Assembly: GCA_000002445.1 (NCBI GenBank)
Contig: CP000066.1
Location: 256,001 to 320,000, forward strand
Source of the DNA: Trypanosoma brucei
Taxonomy: Eukaryota
Reading direction: 5' to 3'
DNA: 64,000 nt
In this document: in pieces, positions 22,137 through 32,013 of the stretch
How the letters are laid out: the number at the start of each line of letters is the position of its first letter
Numbering within the stretch: the first letter of the stretch is position 1
Notes under the pieces: generated by a model
Databases searched by the model: none
What the model was told of the DNA's origin: nothing
The model's input: the letters and a program-made list of their open reading frames with translations, nothing else
Made by a program: the position numbers and the translations under genes

Positions 22137-22262
22137 TCGGACCCTTCCTTGCTTGCCTTGACCCAGGAGTTTTTCCTTTCCTTTTTCTGTTCGCCTTTTC
22201 GGCTGTGGCCCTCCCTTCCCTCCCTTTACATTTTTTTGTTGTTTCTACTTTACCGTCTCGTA
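22137..22262 (+). promoter_or_regulatory. Polypyrimidine tract ending in AG about 4 nt upstream of the SURP-protein ATG. Candidate spliced-leader trans-splice acceptor region (and coupled polyadenylation signal for the upstream gene).
   Basis: About 125 nt, >80% C/T (cccttccttgcttgccttgaccc…ctttaccgtctcgtag|gcaATG). In kinetoplastids, polyY-AG elements direct trans-splicing. Confidence 0.5.
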
Positions 22263-22266
22263 GGCA

Positions 22267-23439
22267 ATGTCTGGTGAGGCCGATTCTACTCCGGGCATTA
22301 TTGCTCCTGGTCCGGAATTGAGGGCAAAAATTGAGCGGAGTGCCGCCAGTCTCGCGAAGCGGGACAAACGCAAGGCGGATGAGATGATGGCAAAGGTCCT
22401 TGCCAGTCAAAGACGTGAGGAATTCCTTTACTTTGAAATGACACACGTGTTTTACCCCTTCTTTTTGCAGAAACTCAACGAGTATCGGGCCCATCCGGAG
22501 TTGATTCCAACCGACAAGGACGGGGCGGCCAAGGGGACAGGAGCCCCTGGTACGGAGGGCGCAGTTACCTCTACAACGACTGTCAAGGCTGGCGGTATTG
22601 TTCGGCGGGAGGGCGGTACGAGACGCAGTGAGGTGTTGCAACAAGCCGAAGTGGAGGCGCAGCGGTATCTCGAGGATCCGTTCCCCAGTAAATACTCCCT
22701 CGATCTTCTTCATGGCACTGTGGACATTCCAACGACTACGTTTAACTACATGACTTGTACAGCACAGTATGTGGCGAAATACGGCGATCGATTTTTACAA
22801 GACTTAACAGCCCGACACCGCAACAACGCGGCGTTTAGGTTCCTGAATAGTGAGGATGTGCGACACGAGGTCCTTCTCAAACTCATTGAGTCCTACCGAC
22901 GCATTTTACACTTTGATTCAGATGAGGTTGAGGACCGATTGGAACGTTACCATTCTGTTCGCTATATAATAGACACGGTGTGCAAAGAAAAGGTAAAGTA
23001 TGCGCGGGCCGCCATCGCCCGACAGAAAGCTGCATTACTGACGGATGAGGAATTGCGGGAGAAGCTTGAGTGGAATGTGTTTACTGTTGTGCAAAACTTT
23101 TCAGCGAGCGACCTAGGCCTTGATGCACCGATGCCTGAGGCAGTGGCAGCTCGCCGGCGCGCACGCTTTGAGGCCCCCAATAATGTAGCGGATCTTCCCG
23201 TGTCCGGTGGTGGTGATTCAACAAAGGATGAGCATTTTGGGGCACCTGCAAACGGAACGTTTGTTGGCGAGCAGGACGCATCTAGGGAACCAAAACCCCC
23301 CGAGGGGATGATGGCACCCCCTACCTTCAGTCCCACGTTCATAAGTAGCAGCCTCATTCAGCCTGCTGATCAACCTGTCGCGAACAGCAACTGTAGGAAG
23401 AGGACACATGATGATGTGGACGGAAATAACTCTGCGTGA
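22267..23439 (+). CDS. SURP (SWAP/Surp) module protein, SF3a120/Prp21-like splicing factor candidate
   Basis: The segment TTTFNYMTCTAQYVAKYGDRFLQDLTARHRNNAAFRFLNSEDVRHEVLLKLIESYRR fits the SURP consensus (tA.fVa.nG..Fe..l...e.nnp.F.FL…). No other domain recognised. Confidence 0.5.
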   Translation: MSGEADSTPGIIAPGPELRAKIERSAASLAKRDKRKADEMMAKVLASQRREEFLYFEMTHVFYPFFLQKLNEYRAHPELIPTDKDGAAKGTGAPGTEGAVTSTTTVKAGGIVRREGGTRRSEVLQQAEVEAQRYLEDPFPSKYSLDLLHGTVDIPTTTFNYMTCTAQYVAKYGDRFLQDLTARHRNNAAFRFLNSEDVRHEVLLKLIESYRRILHFDSDEVEDRLERYHSVRYIIDTVCKEKVKYARAAIARQKAALLTDEELREKLEWNVFTVVQNFSASDLGLDAPMPEAVAARRRARFEAPNNVADLPVSGGGDSTKDEHFGAPANGTFVGEQDASREPKPPEGMMAPPTFSPTFISSSLIQPADQPVANSNCRKRTHDDVDGNNSA

Positions 23440-23974
23440 CGAGTGTGTTGTTGGTGAAAAGGCGAGGCAATTCAAGGAATAGTGGTCGAATTTCCCCGCT
23501 GTGATGTGGAATGTTGGAGAGATGTTAACTGTGCTTTGCCTCCGTCAAGAAGGGAGAGTTAAGGGGAGGGATGGTATGTGGAGGTGTGGAGGGGATAGAG
23601 CGAAGTAAGTGGATCGGTAGATCATCGGAGCAGAAGGCAGCGGGACCACCAACCGACTGAAGATACGTGTGTGAAACTGCGGCACGTCGCTTGGAAGTGA
23701 TCGCCACTTGTTGCGTTAATCAGTGTCGTGAGACGATCCACCTCTTTACAATATTGTATTGTGCTTTTGGAGGATAACTGAGGCATTTGTGCGTGTGAAG
23801 CGCGAAGTGGTCTCCTGAAACGTTGCGTTTCCGCCTCCGTCGCCTTTTCTCCGCTTTGGTGAGTTTACATTTTTTATCCTTTTCGCATACATATATCCGT
23901 CTTTTTTTTTTTGCTATTCATTCTGATTTGCGTTTGGCGTGCTTGATTTGTTGTTAATGATCATGTAGCTAACG

Positions 23975-24817
23975 ATGGGCAAATACGCTGTTGTCGTTAT
24001 TGGGCCAGCGGGGAGTGGAAAGAGTACGTTATGTTGTACCATAGCCGAGCACTATGCAACAAAGGGTCGCAGCACGCACATCTGCAACTTTGACCCGGCT
24101 GCGGAGGAACTGCGCTATAGTCCGTCTATTGACGTGCGTGACCTCATCTCGCTTGAAGATGCAATGGAGGGGAAAGGCCTTGGCCCGAACGGGGGGCTGG
24201 TATTTTGTATGGAGTATTTGTTGAGCGCCGGGGAGCAGTGGATTTGTGAGCAGCTGGGGGATCACGCTGAGGACTTTATTATTATTGACATGCCTGGGCA
24301 GGTGGAGGTCCTTTCACACGTTCCTGCGGTCCCAAACTTTGTGCGGCTTTTGCAGCGGGTCGGCTACAATGTAGTTGTGCTTTTTTTACTGGACGCATTA
24401 GCAGCGACAGTGGACGCGGGGAAGTTCGTGTCAGGTTGTACCTTTGCCCTCTCTAGCATGGTTTGTTTTGACTGTCCATTCATGACAGTCTTAACAAAAT
24501 GTGATTTGCTCCCACCAGATGTGAAAGAAGGGGATCTGGAGCACTACTGCTACTGCAACTTTGACCACGTAAACTTGAAGCCTTTACAGGGACGGTGGCA
24601 AGAGATGGTCCGCACGATGGCCTCTGTTATACATGATTTTAATTTAGTTTCTTTTCGGCCAATGGATATTACTGACACCGCGTACGTATCGAACATTTGT
24701 CAGCAGATGGATGAGGTACTGCAGGTAGTGGATGAGGCTGAGGTAAACGACAGAGACCTTCCAGGTCCTCCGGGTGAAGGTGATGGAGACATCCCCGGTG
24801 AGGATGTGATGTGGTAA
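23975..24817 (+). CDS. GPN3: GPN-loop GTPase (GPN3-like)
   Basis: MGKYAVVVIGPAGSGKST P-loop at the extreme N-terminus. Diagnostic GPN motif (GLGPNGGLVFCMEYL). DMPGQ (G3). About 280 aa, typical of GPN2/3. Confidence 0.85.
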   Translation: MGKYAVVVIGPAGSGKSTLCCTIAEHYATKGRSTHICNFDPAAEELRYSPSIDVRDLISLEDAMEGKGLGPNGGLVFCMEYLLSAGEQWICEQLGDHAEDFIIIDMPGQVEVLSHVPAVPNFVRLLQRVGYNVVVLFLLDALAATVDAGKFVSGCTFALSSMVCFDCPFMTVLTKCDLLPPDVKEGDLEHYCYCNFDHVNLKPLQGRWQEMVRTMASVIHDFNLVSFRPMDITDTAYVSNICQQMDEVLQVVDEAEVNDRDLPGPPGEGDGDIPGEDVMW

Positions 24818-25290
24818 CTTAAAAAAAATCTAGCAGAAGGTTGGTCGGATGTTGTGTAGCGGTGCCTCCCTGTTCCTTTTTGCATTATTTTTCAATGCAT
24901 CTCCCCTTCCCACATCACTACGATGTTACCCTTCTGCCCGCTACTGTTCGTGTCCCACCCACCAACTTATGCGTATGCACTTAAATATTCCAGAGGAGTT
25001 TAATAGGACGATTGTGTGCGTGCATGACGGGGCCCGAAGGAGGGGGGACAAAGGAGAATGAGGAAGTGGAAAAGGGGGTTCTCAGTATCTTTTCCCTCTT
25101 TTTTCCCTCTCCTTTATGATGACTTGCTAGCTCGTCTACAAGGGTAGGGATTTCCATGGTCTCTTGAATTCATTCTCTTCATGTAGCAGAAGTTTTAGGT
25201 GACCCTGTCAGTGGAAGAAGGAGAGGGTGGAGGGGAAACTGGCTGCGTTGAACTACCGGGTTAGTTGATCTCTTGTGGCATCCCTCGTAG

Positions 25291-26109
25291 TTGTGTGTGT
25301 TTGTTGCAGGTGCCGAACGAAGCGGCAACTATATATTACCTAAGGTAGTATCCGAGAAAGTAAGGATGTTTGCCCCATTCTTTCGTTCATTGAAATCCAA
25401 TGCAATAGCGCAAAGAGGGTTGTTTGTCGCCAAAACTTCGCTTCGACAATACCGGTGCCGGTTGTTTTGCTCACCTTCTGCTGTGTTGCTGTGCAGTTTC
25501 AGTAGAGATATGCCTCTTTCCATTTCACAGTTGCGAACACGACTACGGAGTCAGCTGCAGGACGGGTGCCCACGGATGCAGTCCATCGACACCGAAGGTC
25601 AATTAACGCTCACACTTGCGAGAAGCCGTCGACCAGCAGAGCAGGAGGAGGCGCTGGAGCGAGCAGAGTCCCTATGGCGTGAACTAGAGGATTCCGCCTC
25701 GCCACTTCCGTTGACGTCCATCACGGGACTGCGTGTGTCACTTTGCACATCCATGCGCCGGTGTGCACTTGTTGCGCGAAAGCAAGAACTGGCGGAGTCA
25801 TGGACCCGACGTTTTGCCAACCTACGGAACCTACAACCAATGGACTTCACTACTGGGGCTAATGTTGCTGCAGGGCGTGTTCGGGGTTGGCAACACGGAC
25901 GGCCTGCTGAGGAAACGGATCAAGAGGAGATGAGTGGTGGGGTGGTTGATGATGACGGGGCGGGTGCAGAAGGTGCAGGCAGGAAGTCTGGAAATAAAGA
26001 AACTCCACTGCAGAAGTATCGCCAGGAAGTTATGATGGACCACCCCATGATGCAACTGGCGTTTAAGCGAGGAGTACACACCCCTGGGCCGCGTTACACA
26101 GGGGATTAA
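25291..26109 (+). CDS. Hypothetical protein (272 aa). The true start is possibly the internal Met at about 25366.
   Basis: + strand ORF fitting the gene array. No motif recognised. Confidence 0.45.
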   Translation: MCVFVAGAERSGNYILPKVVSEKVRMFAPFFRSLKSNAIAQRGLFVAKTSLRQYRCRLFCSPSAVLLCSFSRDMPLSISQLRTRLRSQLQDGCPRMQSIDTEGQLTLTLARSRRPAEQEEALERAESLWRELEDSASPLPLTSITGLRVSLCTSMRRCALVARKQELAESWTRRFANLRNLQPMDFTTGANVAAGRVRGWQHGRPAEETDQEEMSGGVVDDDGAGAEGAGRKSGNKETPLQKYRQEVMMDHPMMQLAFKRGVHTPGPRYTGD

Positions 26110-26257
26110 CTCATCGTGCGTTAGTGGTGTGTTTATGTCCTCTGACACGGGTTACATTGTGAGGTGTGGATGGATCAAACACATAGTTTGAAAGCATTGT
26201 AACTGGTCGCTTTGACCTGCTTCTCCTTTTTTCTTCCGATTAACCGGCAAACCGCGC

Positions 26258-27598
26258 TTGTGCCCATGGTTTCGGTCATATAATGAACTAAGCGTTGGTT
26301 GGGGTATATTGATATCATTCACTTTTATCATTTTTCCCCCCTTGTCAAGTTACTTGGATTCGTGTCTACGCTACCATCAAGGGAATAGCAGTGTGAGGAA
26401 TACAATGTCTACCGATGGCAGTGAAGTCATTGACGATAACAAAACTGTAAGGAGTCTCTTTAACGGACTAGCACAGAGGTACAAGGACACCGTTTTGAAG
26501 AGTGAGACGTCCATCGAACAAGATGAGAATTCACGCTCTCTTATTCCACATTTGGAGAAGCTATGGTATATGATGGGTGCGATGGGTGTTGTTTCCCCTA
26601 ACGAACAGTTGGATGATATTTCTACGAACGCGTTGGAATTGTTATGGACTCCTTACATCATTGCAGATCTCTACCAGCGCCTACAGGGACCTATGCCCAC
26701 TCCAGCACCGGTCACTCCAGGCGAAACAAATGAAGTTGCTGGAGCTGCGGGAATGACACGTGAGGAGGCCCTTTCTCGTTCGCATCACTGGTATGATGTT
26801 TTCTTCCGTTGGGCACAGGACTGCGAGTTGGTGGACGAACGGACGCTGGACACATATCGCACGTTTCGTGCGGACAATCGCACACAACGCGTGGAGCTCT
26901 CCCGGAAGCGCCGTGAGCTGGAGGTGGTACTACTCCAATATGAGGATAAGGTAGAGTACTTACAAGCAAAAAGAAAACGTATGAAGGAGCTGATGGCGGA
27001 AGACGGTGACGAAATATCTGAAAGTAACGGGGATGAGGAGGAAGCACTCCGGGGTCGCGCTCTCGCACGGTTGCGTTGGTCTGTTTACGAGGCTTGCCAT
27101 CACCTGCAGTTGTCAGCGCGCGAGTTGGAAATGCTCACGGCATTGTCACCAGAGAGGCGGCAAGAAATAGCAAACAACCACCAGCGTACGTTGGATGCTG
27201 TGCGTCGGGGAGAGTTATCACTTGGTCGGCACACGTACACTATCCTACCAGGTGGTCTCGTCGCACCGGGAGGACCGTTTCCTGTGGACCGCATTAACAG
27301 TACCGTTATGAGCGCGATAGCAAGCCAGGAGAGTTTCCGTCAGAAAGTCGTGGAAGAGTTGATGATAAACAGGAATAATCCAACTATGACGTTGGCAGAG
27401 TTCGCCGACGCGGAGATGGCAGATGTGCAGCGTCGCATGGAGGCAAACGCAGATGCGCAGCGGCTCCAACAAGAAGAGGATGAGTTACTTGGGCCTGAAG
27501 GAGTTGAGGAGCGTCAACGGAAGCGGGACTCGGCTCTAGCTGATTGGAAGGATGATCACCCCCCAATTGGCCAAACTGCAAGAGGAAACTACGCATGA
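26258..27598 (+). CDS. TAP42: TAP42/alpha4 (IGBP1) family PP2A-type phosphatase regulator. The likely start is the internal Met at 26405 (MSTDGSEV…).
   Basis: TAP42-family block SPNEQLDDISTNALELLWTPYIIADL (cf. SRNEDLEEIASTDLKYLLVP). C-terminal PTMTLAEFAD and terminal DWKDDHPPIG…RGNYA match the alpha4 C-terminus (PTMTVSDW… / EWDDWKDTHPRGYGNR). Confidence 0.75.
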   Translation: MCPWFRSYNELSVGWGILISFTFIIFPPLSSYLDSCLRYHQGNSSVRNTMSTDGSEVIDDNKTVRSLFNGLAQRYKDTVLKSETSIEQDENSRSLIPHLEKLWYMMGAMGVVSPNEQLDDISTNALELLWTPYIIADLYQRLQGPMPTPAPVTPGETNEVAGAAGMTREEALSRSHHWYDVFFRWAQDCELVDERTLDTYRTFRADNRTQRVELSRKRRELEVVLLQYEDKVEYLQAKRKRMKELMAEDGDEISESNGDEEEALRGRALARLRWSVYEACHHLQLSARELEMLTALSPERRQEIANNHQRTLDAVRRGELSLGRHTYTILPGGLVAPGGPFPVDRINSTVMSAIASQESFRQKVVEELMINRNNPTMTLAEFADAEMADVQRRMEANADAQRLQQEEDELLGPEGVEERQRKRDSALADWKDDHPPIGQTARGNYA

Positions 27599-28022
27599 GC
27601 CGGCAATTACTCTGGCTTGCATGACAGACGCTTCCTAAGGGACCGAGCGGCGCCTACAATTATGTGTAGCGACGACCTGCCCAAGTGGTTGTTAGGTAAT
27701 CACTGTTTTCGTAGCCGTTTTTTTTTTCGTGAAGGTAAAACGTGCTTCAAAAAGTACTAGTTTTAGATGCATCACTGGTCTTTTGAAACTGCCGCTTGTC
27801 GCTGCCTGGCCAGTGCCACTCCTTTTATTGCATGGTCTGCAGGGTGTTTTTGACGGTTACATACACGTTCCGGATGGACCACATGTTATGCTGGCGTGCT
27901 TCCCCTATCGAATCGTGGAGGTGAGGGGCTCTCGCGTCATTCTGTACAGCTTCTTCGCCGGTTGAGGGTCCATTCGTTTACCAACTCCCACGCAATTGTA
28001 CGTCGCTATATATTATGGAAGT

Positions 28023-28213
28023 TCTTCGATGTTGTGGCGTGGTGTGTTGTGTTGTGTTATCCTTTCCCGCAGGTATGTTATTAGTGGTGAACCCAACTCT
28101 TTGTAGCTAACCGCATGACACGTTTGAGGCCTCAACCCTTCGCATATCGCTTAATGGTGTTTTTCTCTCTAATCTTTTTTCCTTTCTTGACGTGAACTGT
28201 TGCGGTTAGTTGG
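28023..28213 (+). repeat. Copy A of a 191/192-bp dispersed intergenic repeat (about 98% identical to copy B at 43391-43582, same orientation). It contains a polypyrimidine tract followed by AG.
   Basis: Direct visual alignment: tcttcgatgttgtggcgtggtgtgttgtgttgtgttatcctttcccgcaggtatgttattagtggtgaacccaactctttgtagctaaccgcatgacacgtttg[a/g]ggcctcaacccttcgcatatcg[c/g]ttaatggtgtttttctctctaatcttttttcctttcttgacgtgaactgttgcggttagttgg. There are only 2 substitutions and 1 single-T indel between copies. Confidence 0.85.
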
Positions 28214-28557
28214 ATCCGTGTGTATTACCTTGCTCTCTTTTTGTTGAGTTGTATGAATGTGGTTGCGTGGGCCGTACCTTTGGGGTCTCTGCGTTAACTT
28301 TCCAACGGATTTTCTGCACGAATAAACCTTTCTTTCCTTTTCCTCTTATATTATCTCTTTTCCCACCGCCGACGTATGTGTCAAGTGTGGGTACACTTCG
28401 GTGGAGCCTAACAGGTAATTTTTAGTCCGTGGCACTGGGTCACCACCTGTGCCCAGCTCCTCGGGCTCGTGTTGAGGGGTGGCGGTTGCTTCGTCATACC
28501 AGTGCGTTAAAAAGGGCGCTTTTGTGCAGCAGGTTCAAAAACTATAGTAGCAACTAA

Positions 28558-31098
28558 TTGCCGATAACTTCTGCTGGAGTAAAAGTCGCTCTCGGTTTGT
28601 CGATGCCGGGCTACCCCACGGGATTGTTACTGGGCTGTCGAATGTCTTCGCGGCCTCGTGTATCATGGCTTTCGCCCGCGCTCGCTTCCCACCAACAACT
28701 TGATGCAGGGATCGCTGCACGACACCAGGTGGACCGTAAAAGTATTAAAAAGTCCAAACGCCCCTTCGAAAACTATTTTCGGTCGGAATACCGCTGCTCT
28801 CCATCACCCAGTAGGTTCACTCTGCGCCCAGGTGGCCGGGTTTCATCGTACGACGCAGTGAAACTCATGACTGATCCTAGGCGCAACTGGTCACCCTTTT
28901 GGGGCCGCGTTGTGGGTAACGTGCGGACACAAAAGAAGCGACAGGATGTGTTGCAACCTGCACCTCAGCAGTTCGGCGAGGACAGCCTTGACCAAACAAT
29001 ACAACGTTTCCTAGAGCTTCGCTTTCAATGGGATCGTGGGGATGACATCCTTGCTCCGAGTTTGGTTCCGCCTAGTTTGTATAGTTTGACTGAGCACTGT
29101 CTTCCGTACGCGTGTGATGAGCAACAACAGCAGCAGACGGTTAGCGACTGCGTAGAGTTAGACGGGGGTGGCGCACACTCATCTGCATTCCGTGCGCGGG
29201 GAAGGCGGAAGTGCTTGTTAGTACCCAGAGGAAATTTAGGTTCAAGTGGTGTTGAAACTATCCCTTCTATTGTTCTCGATGCAGCAAGAGGTCCTCTTGT
29301 GTCATCGCCGACGGAACTTTCGTTGAACCTGCGTTGGAAGGCAACGAACCGTGAGGCCACCAGTGTAAGTGAGGTATTGCGTTTGCAGCAGTGTGTAGGG
29401 CATGTGCCTGTCATGGGTATGACGGCACGATCATTGCTACTTTTGCTGAAAGCTCATGCCACCGCTGAGGTCGAGAATCCCCCACTGGCCGTTGCTCTCG
29501 CTATAGCAGCTGCGGAACACTACCACGAATACACCCCTACTGAGTGTTTGGAGCTTCTGCGGTGCCTACGTAGGGTTGCCTTTGTGAAGGGGTTGACGCA
29601 GCTGTCGCACTCACAGGTTAATGTTGTTTCTTTGTACCGTGACTCGAGACACTCCCAGATGTTTTTCGCAGGGTATATAGGAGACGCAGCCCCTTTTTTG
29701 GTAGAACGTGTATGGTCTCGCCTTCCCGAGCATGCTCAACGGCTCTGTCGGCGACGACTCTTCCTCGACTTTATAGATCTACTAGCACTAGCGGTAGAAA
29801 TGAATGGCTGGAGGTTCCCGTGTAATTTACCGAACCCCGCCAGCTCCGCAACTTATGCATCCAAGTATCTCTTCTTGCGCTATACACTGCAGTTGGATGA
29901 AGCCATGATGACAGAGTATGTGAGGTGCGTTGCAGACGCAACATTTTCCGCACCGCAGACCGAACTATATACAAATGTTGGCGGACAACAGCAAAACTCG
30001 AGGCAACTGATTGCCAGTCGCTGTGATCCAGATGACAGCGAAACCTTATTCACTCCACTTATTACATGGCTGTGTGTGTCTTTTTTGGCTCGTGTTACTG
30101 CAGAGGCCGTCGGGGATGTACTGCGGCACACTGAGATATCTCTCAAGCAACACATGAAACTTGCCAAAGATTATCAATCGGCGGCAGCGCGCGGGAAGTC
30201 GAAACTACAGCGACTAAAGGCTGAGAGGGACCTGCAGCAGTTCCTTGACAGCATTGCGCTCGTGAGGCCACGACATCATGTATACCAGTGCATTGGGCGT
30301 CGACACCCGAGGAAGATGCGCCTCCGTGTCATTCCGCTTGAAGCCTTTCCTGCAATATCGCGACACACAGGGCTTCCCTTTGGATCGGCGTCGCGACACG
30401 CGCACCTGTCCGCAGAGAGGCGGTGTGGAAGTTTTGAACATGACGATTGGACGTTCGAAGCTGTTGTAGCTCGTTCAGCTCTCGCACGGAAGCACATCGA
30501 GCGCGCTAAGGATGCGCTGGACTGGGCCGCAATGATGCTGACAAATTGTGCAGTAATTGCCAGACACATTCCGACCCCGGCCAAACGGCTAGAAGCTTGT
30601 GGTCCCAAGCATACGTTTGTATTCCCTGCCGCATCTCATCTACCGTCAAGCATTGATGCAGCAAGTAATCGTCTCGCTTGGTGCGAGGCGCTGGTGCGGT
30701 CCCGTGTGCAAGAGGACATAGACTCGCTTTTCCTCCACATACCCTGGTGCGAACTGGAGGAGCAGCTGCAGCCATTTTTAGATTCCGAGGGGAAAGCTAA
30801 CGGTATTGAAAGTAAGGAAGGAACCCAACGTGCTGGTAAGGTCACAACAGCAGGGGATGATGGGACCAGCTTGTTGGATGCATATTTTCCTTTTGACTTT
30901 CTGGACAATTCCGGCGGGACTGGTGACTGCAGGCAGGTGCCGCCCATCGAATATGATGACGCAGAGCACACAAAGCACCCGAAGACGGCGCAGCAAGATC
31001 AGAATTCTCTAGAGGCGCTCCAGGTTAGTATCGAAAAGTTTCAAGTTACCGTGGCGGAGTTGATCCGCGCACAGGAGGATTACTTTCTGATTCTTTAA
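28558..31098 (+). CDS. Hypothetical protein, 846 aa
   Basis: Long + strand ORF. No motif recognised. A short QQQQQ run. Confidence 0.6.
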   Translation: MPITSAGVKVALGLSMPGYPTGLLLGCRMSSRPRVSWLSPALASHQQLDAGIAARHQVDRKSIKKSKRPFENYFRSEYRCSPSPSRFTLRPGGRVSSYDAVKLMTDPRRNWSPFWGRVVGNVRTQKKRQDVLQPAPQQFGEDSLDQTIQRFLELRFQWDRGDDILAPSLVPPSLYSLTEHCLPYACDEQQQQQTVSDCVELDGGGAHSSAFRARGRRKCLLVPRGNLGSSGVETIPSIVLDAARGPLVSSPTELSLNLRWKATNREATSVSEVLRLQQCVGHVPVMGMTARSLLLLLKAHATAEVENPPLAVALAIAAAEHYHEYTPTECLELLRCLRRVAFVKGLTQLSHSQVNVVSLYRDSRHSQMFFAGYIGDAAPFLVERVWSRLPEHAQRLCRRRLFLDFIDLLALAVEMNGWRFPCNLPNPASSATYASKYLFLRYTLQLDEAMMTEYVRCVADATFSAPQTELYTNVGGQQQNSRQLIASRCDPDDSETLFTPLITWLCVSFLARVTAEAVGDVLRHTEISLKQHMKLAKDYQSAAARGKSKLQRLKAERDLQQFLDSIALVRPRHHVYQCIGRRHPRKMRLRVIPLEAFPAISRHTGLPFGSASRHAHLSAERRCGSFEHDDWTFEAVVARSALARKHIERAKDALDWAAMMLTNCAVIARHIPTPAKRLEACGPKHTFVFPAASHLPSSIDAASNRLAWCEALVRSRVQEDIDSLFLHIPWCELEEQLQPFLDSEGKANGIESKEGTQRAGKVTTAGDDGTSLLDAYFPFDFLDNSGGTGDCRQVPPIEYDDAEHTKHPKTAQQDQNSLEALQVSIEKFQVTVAELIRAQEDYFLIL

Positions 31099-32013
31099 CT
31101 TGGTCGTGTGTGTGCGATTAGAATGCTGAAGAAGGCAGAGATTGATTGAATTTTATAGGAGGTTGTGGCCGCACAAGGGATATTACGGCGCAGCGGGGCG
31201 CGGCGCTCGATTCCCATTCGTTTCTAGTATACTGTTCCACTGCAGCAGTGAGATTTGACCATGCCTCAGTTCGTCCTTCCGCGTGACTCACTTTTCTATG
31301 TGCGTCTCGTCCCAGTGGGTTCGCTCCTTCTGTGCTCCACATGTGTATGCACACACCTGTGACTGACATTGGATGCTCAAAGAAGTGCTCGTAGATGTTG
31401 AGGGATTGCAAGTTTTCTCCTTCCCAACGACTGGAAACCATGAACCGCCCCCAAATCGTTCGGTGCAGGTTGTGCCTACTTTCATAGACTGACCAAATAT
31501 TTCACATTTCTGATCTCGCACCGTTTATTCAATGTGCTTATAAATATATACGTGCATTCACAAAGTTATCCGTTGCCAAGTGTTGTCTGACTCTGATGGC
31601 GCCTTTGTGACTCCTTCACCCGTAAGCATTGCCATTAGCGGCTACTGGGGGACTGCTTAGAGTTCATACCGGTTCTATACGGCTGTCGTATATATGTGTG
31701 TACCCATTCATACTTCTTGTTTAACGTCCGCCCATACCTTTTCTTTATACTGCCGTGTGGTAAATGGTTGGGGGAGTGGATGGCCACCACACACCTTGAA
31801 GTGTGTAGTCTTTAACATGTTTTTTTCCTCCTTGATTCCTTTTAAACTCTTAGAACCGCTGTAGAAAAGTTGGTCACGCGGTGGGAAATAGGCGGGAAAC
31901 TTAACAAGTAGGGAAAATAGACTTGTTAAACAGTTCCTTATTATTGGAAACTGAAGGGCAGTATCATCATCACCACTTAAAGAAAGCAGAACCGTAGGAC
32001 GAAAGGTAAGTGT

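Noticed and set aside
28050-28075. cag|GTATGT within the 191-bp repeat, resembling a cis-splicing 5' splice site, suggesting an intron
   Set aside because: Kinetoplastid nuclear genes almost never have cis-introns. No branch-point/3'-site or ORF continuity supports one. The polyY-AG is better explained as a trans-splice acceptor context.
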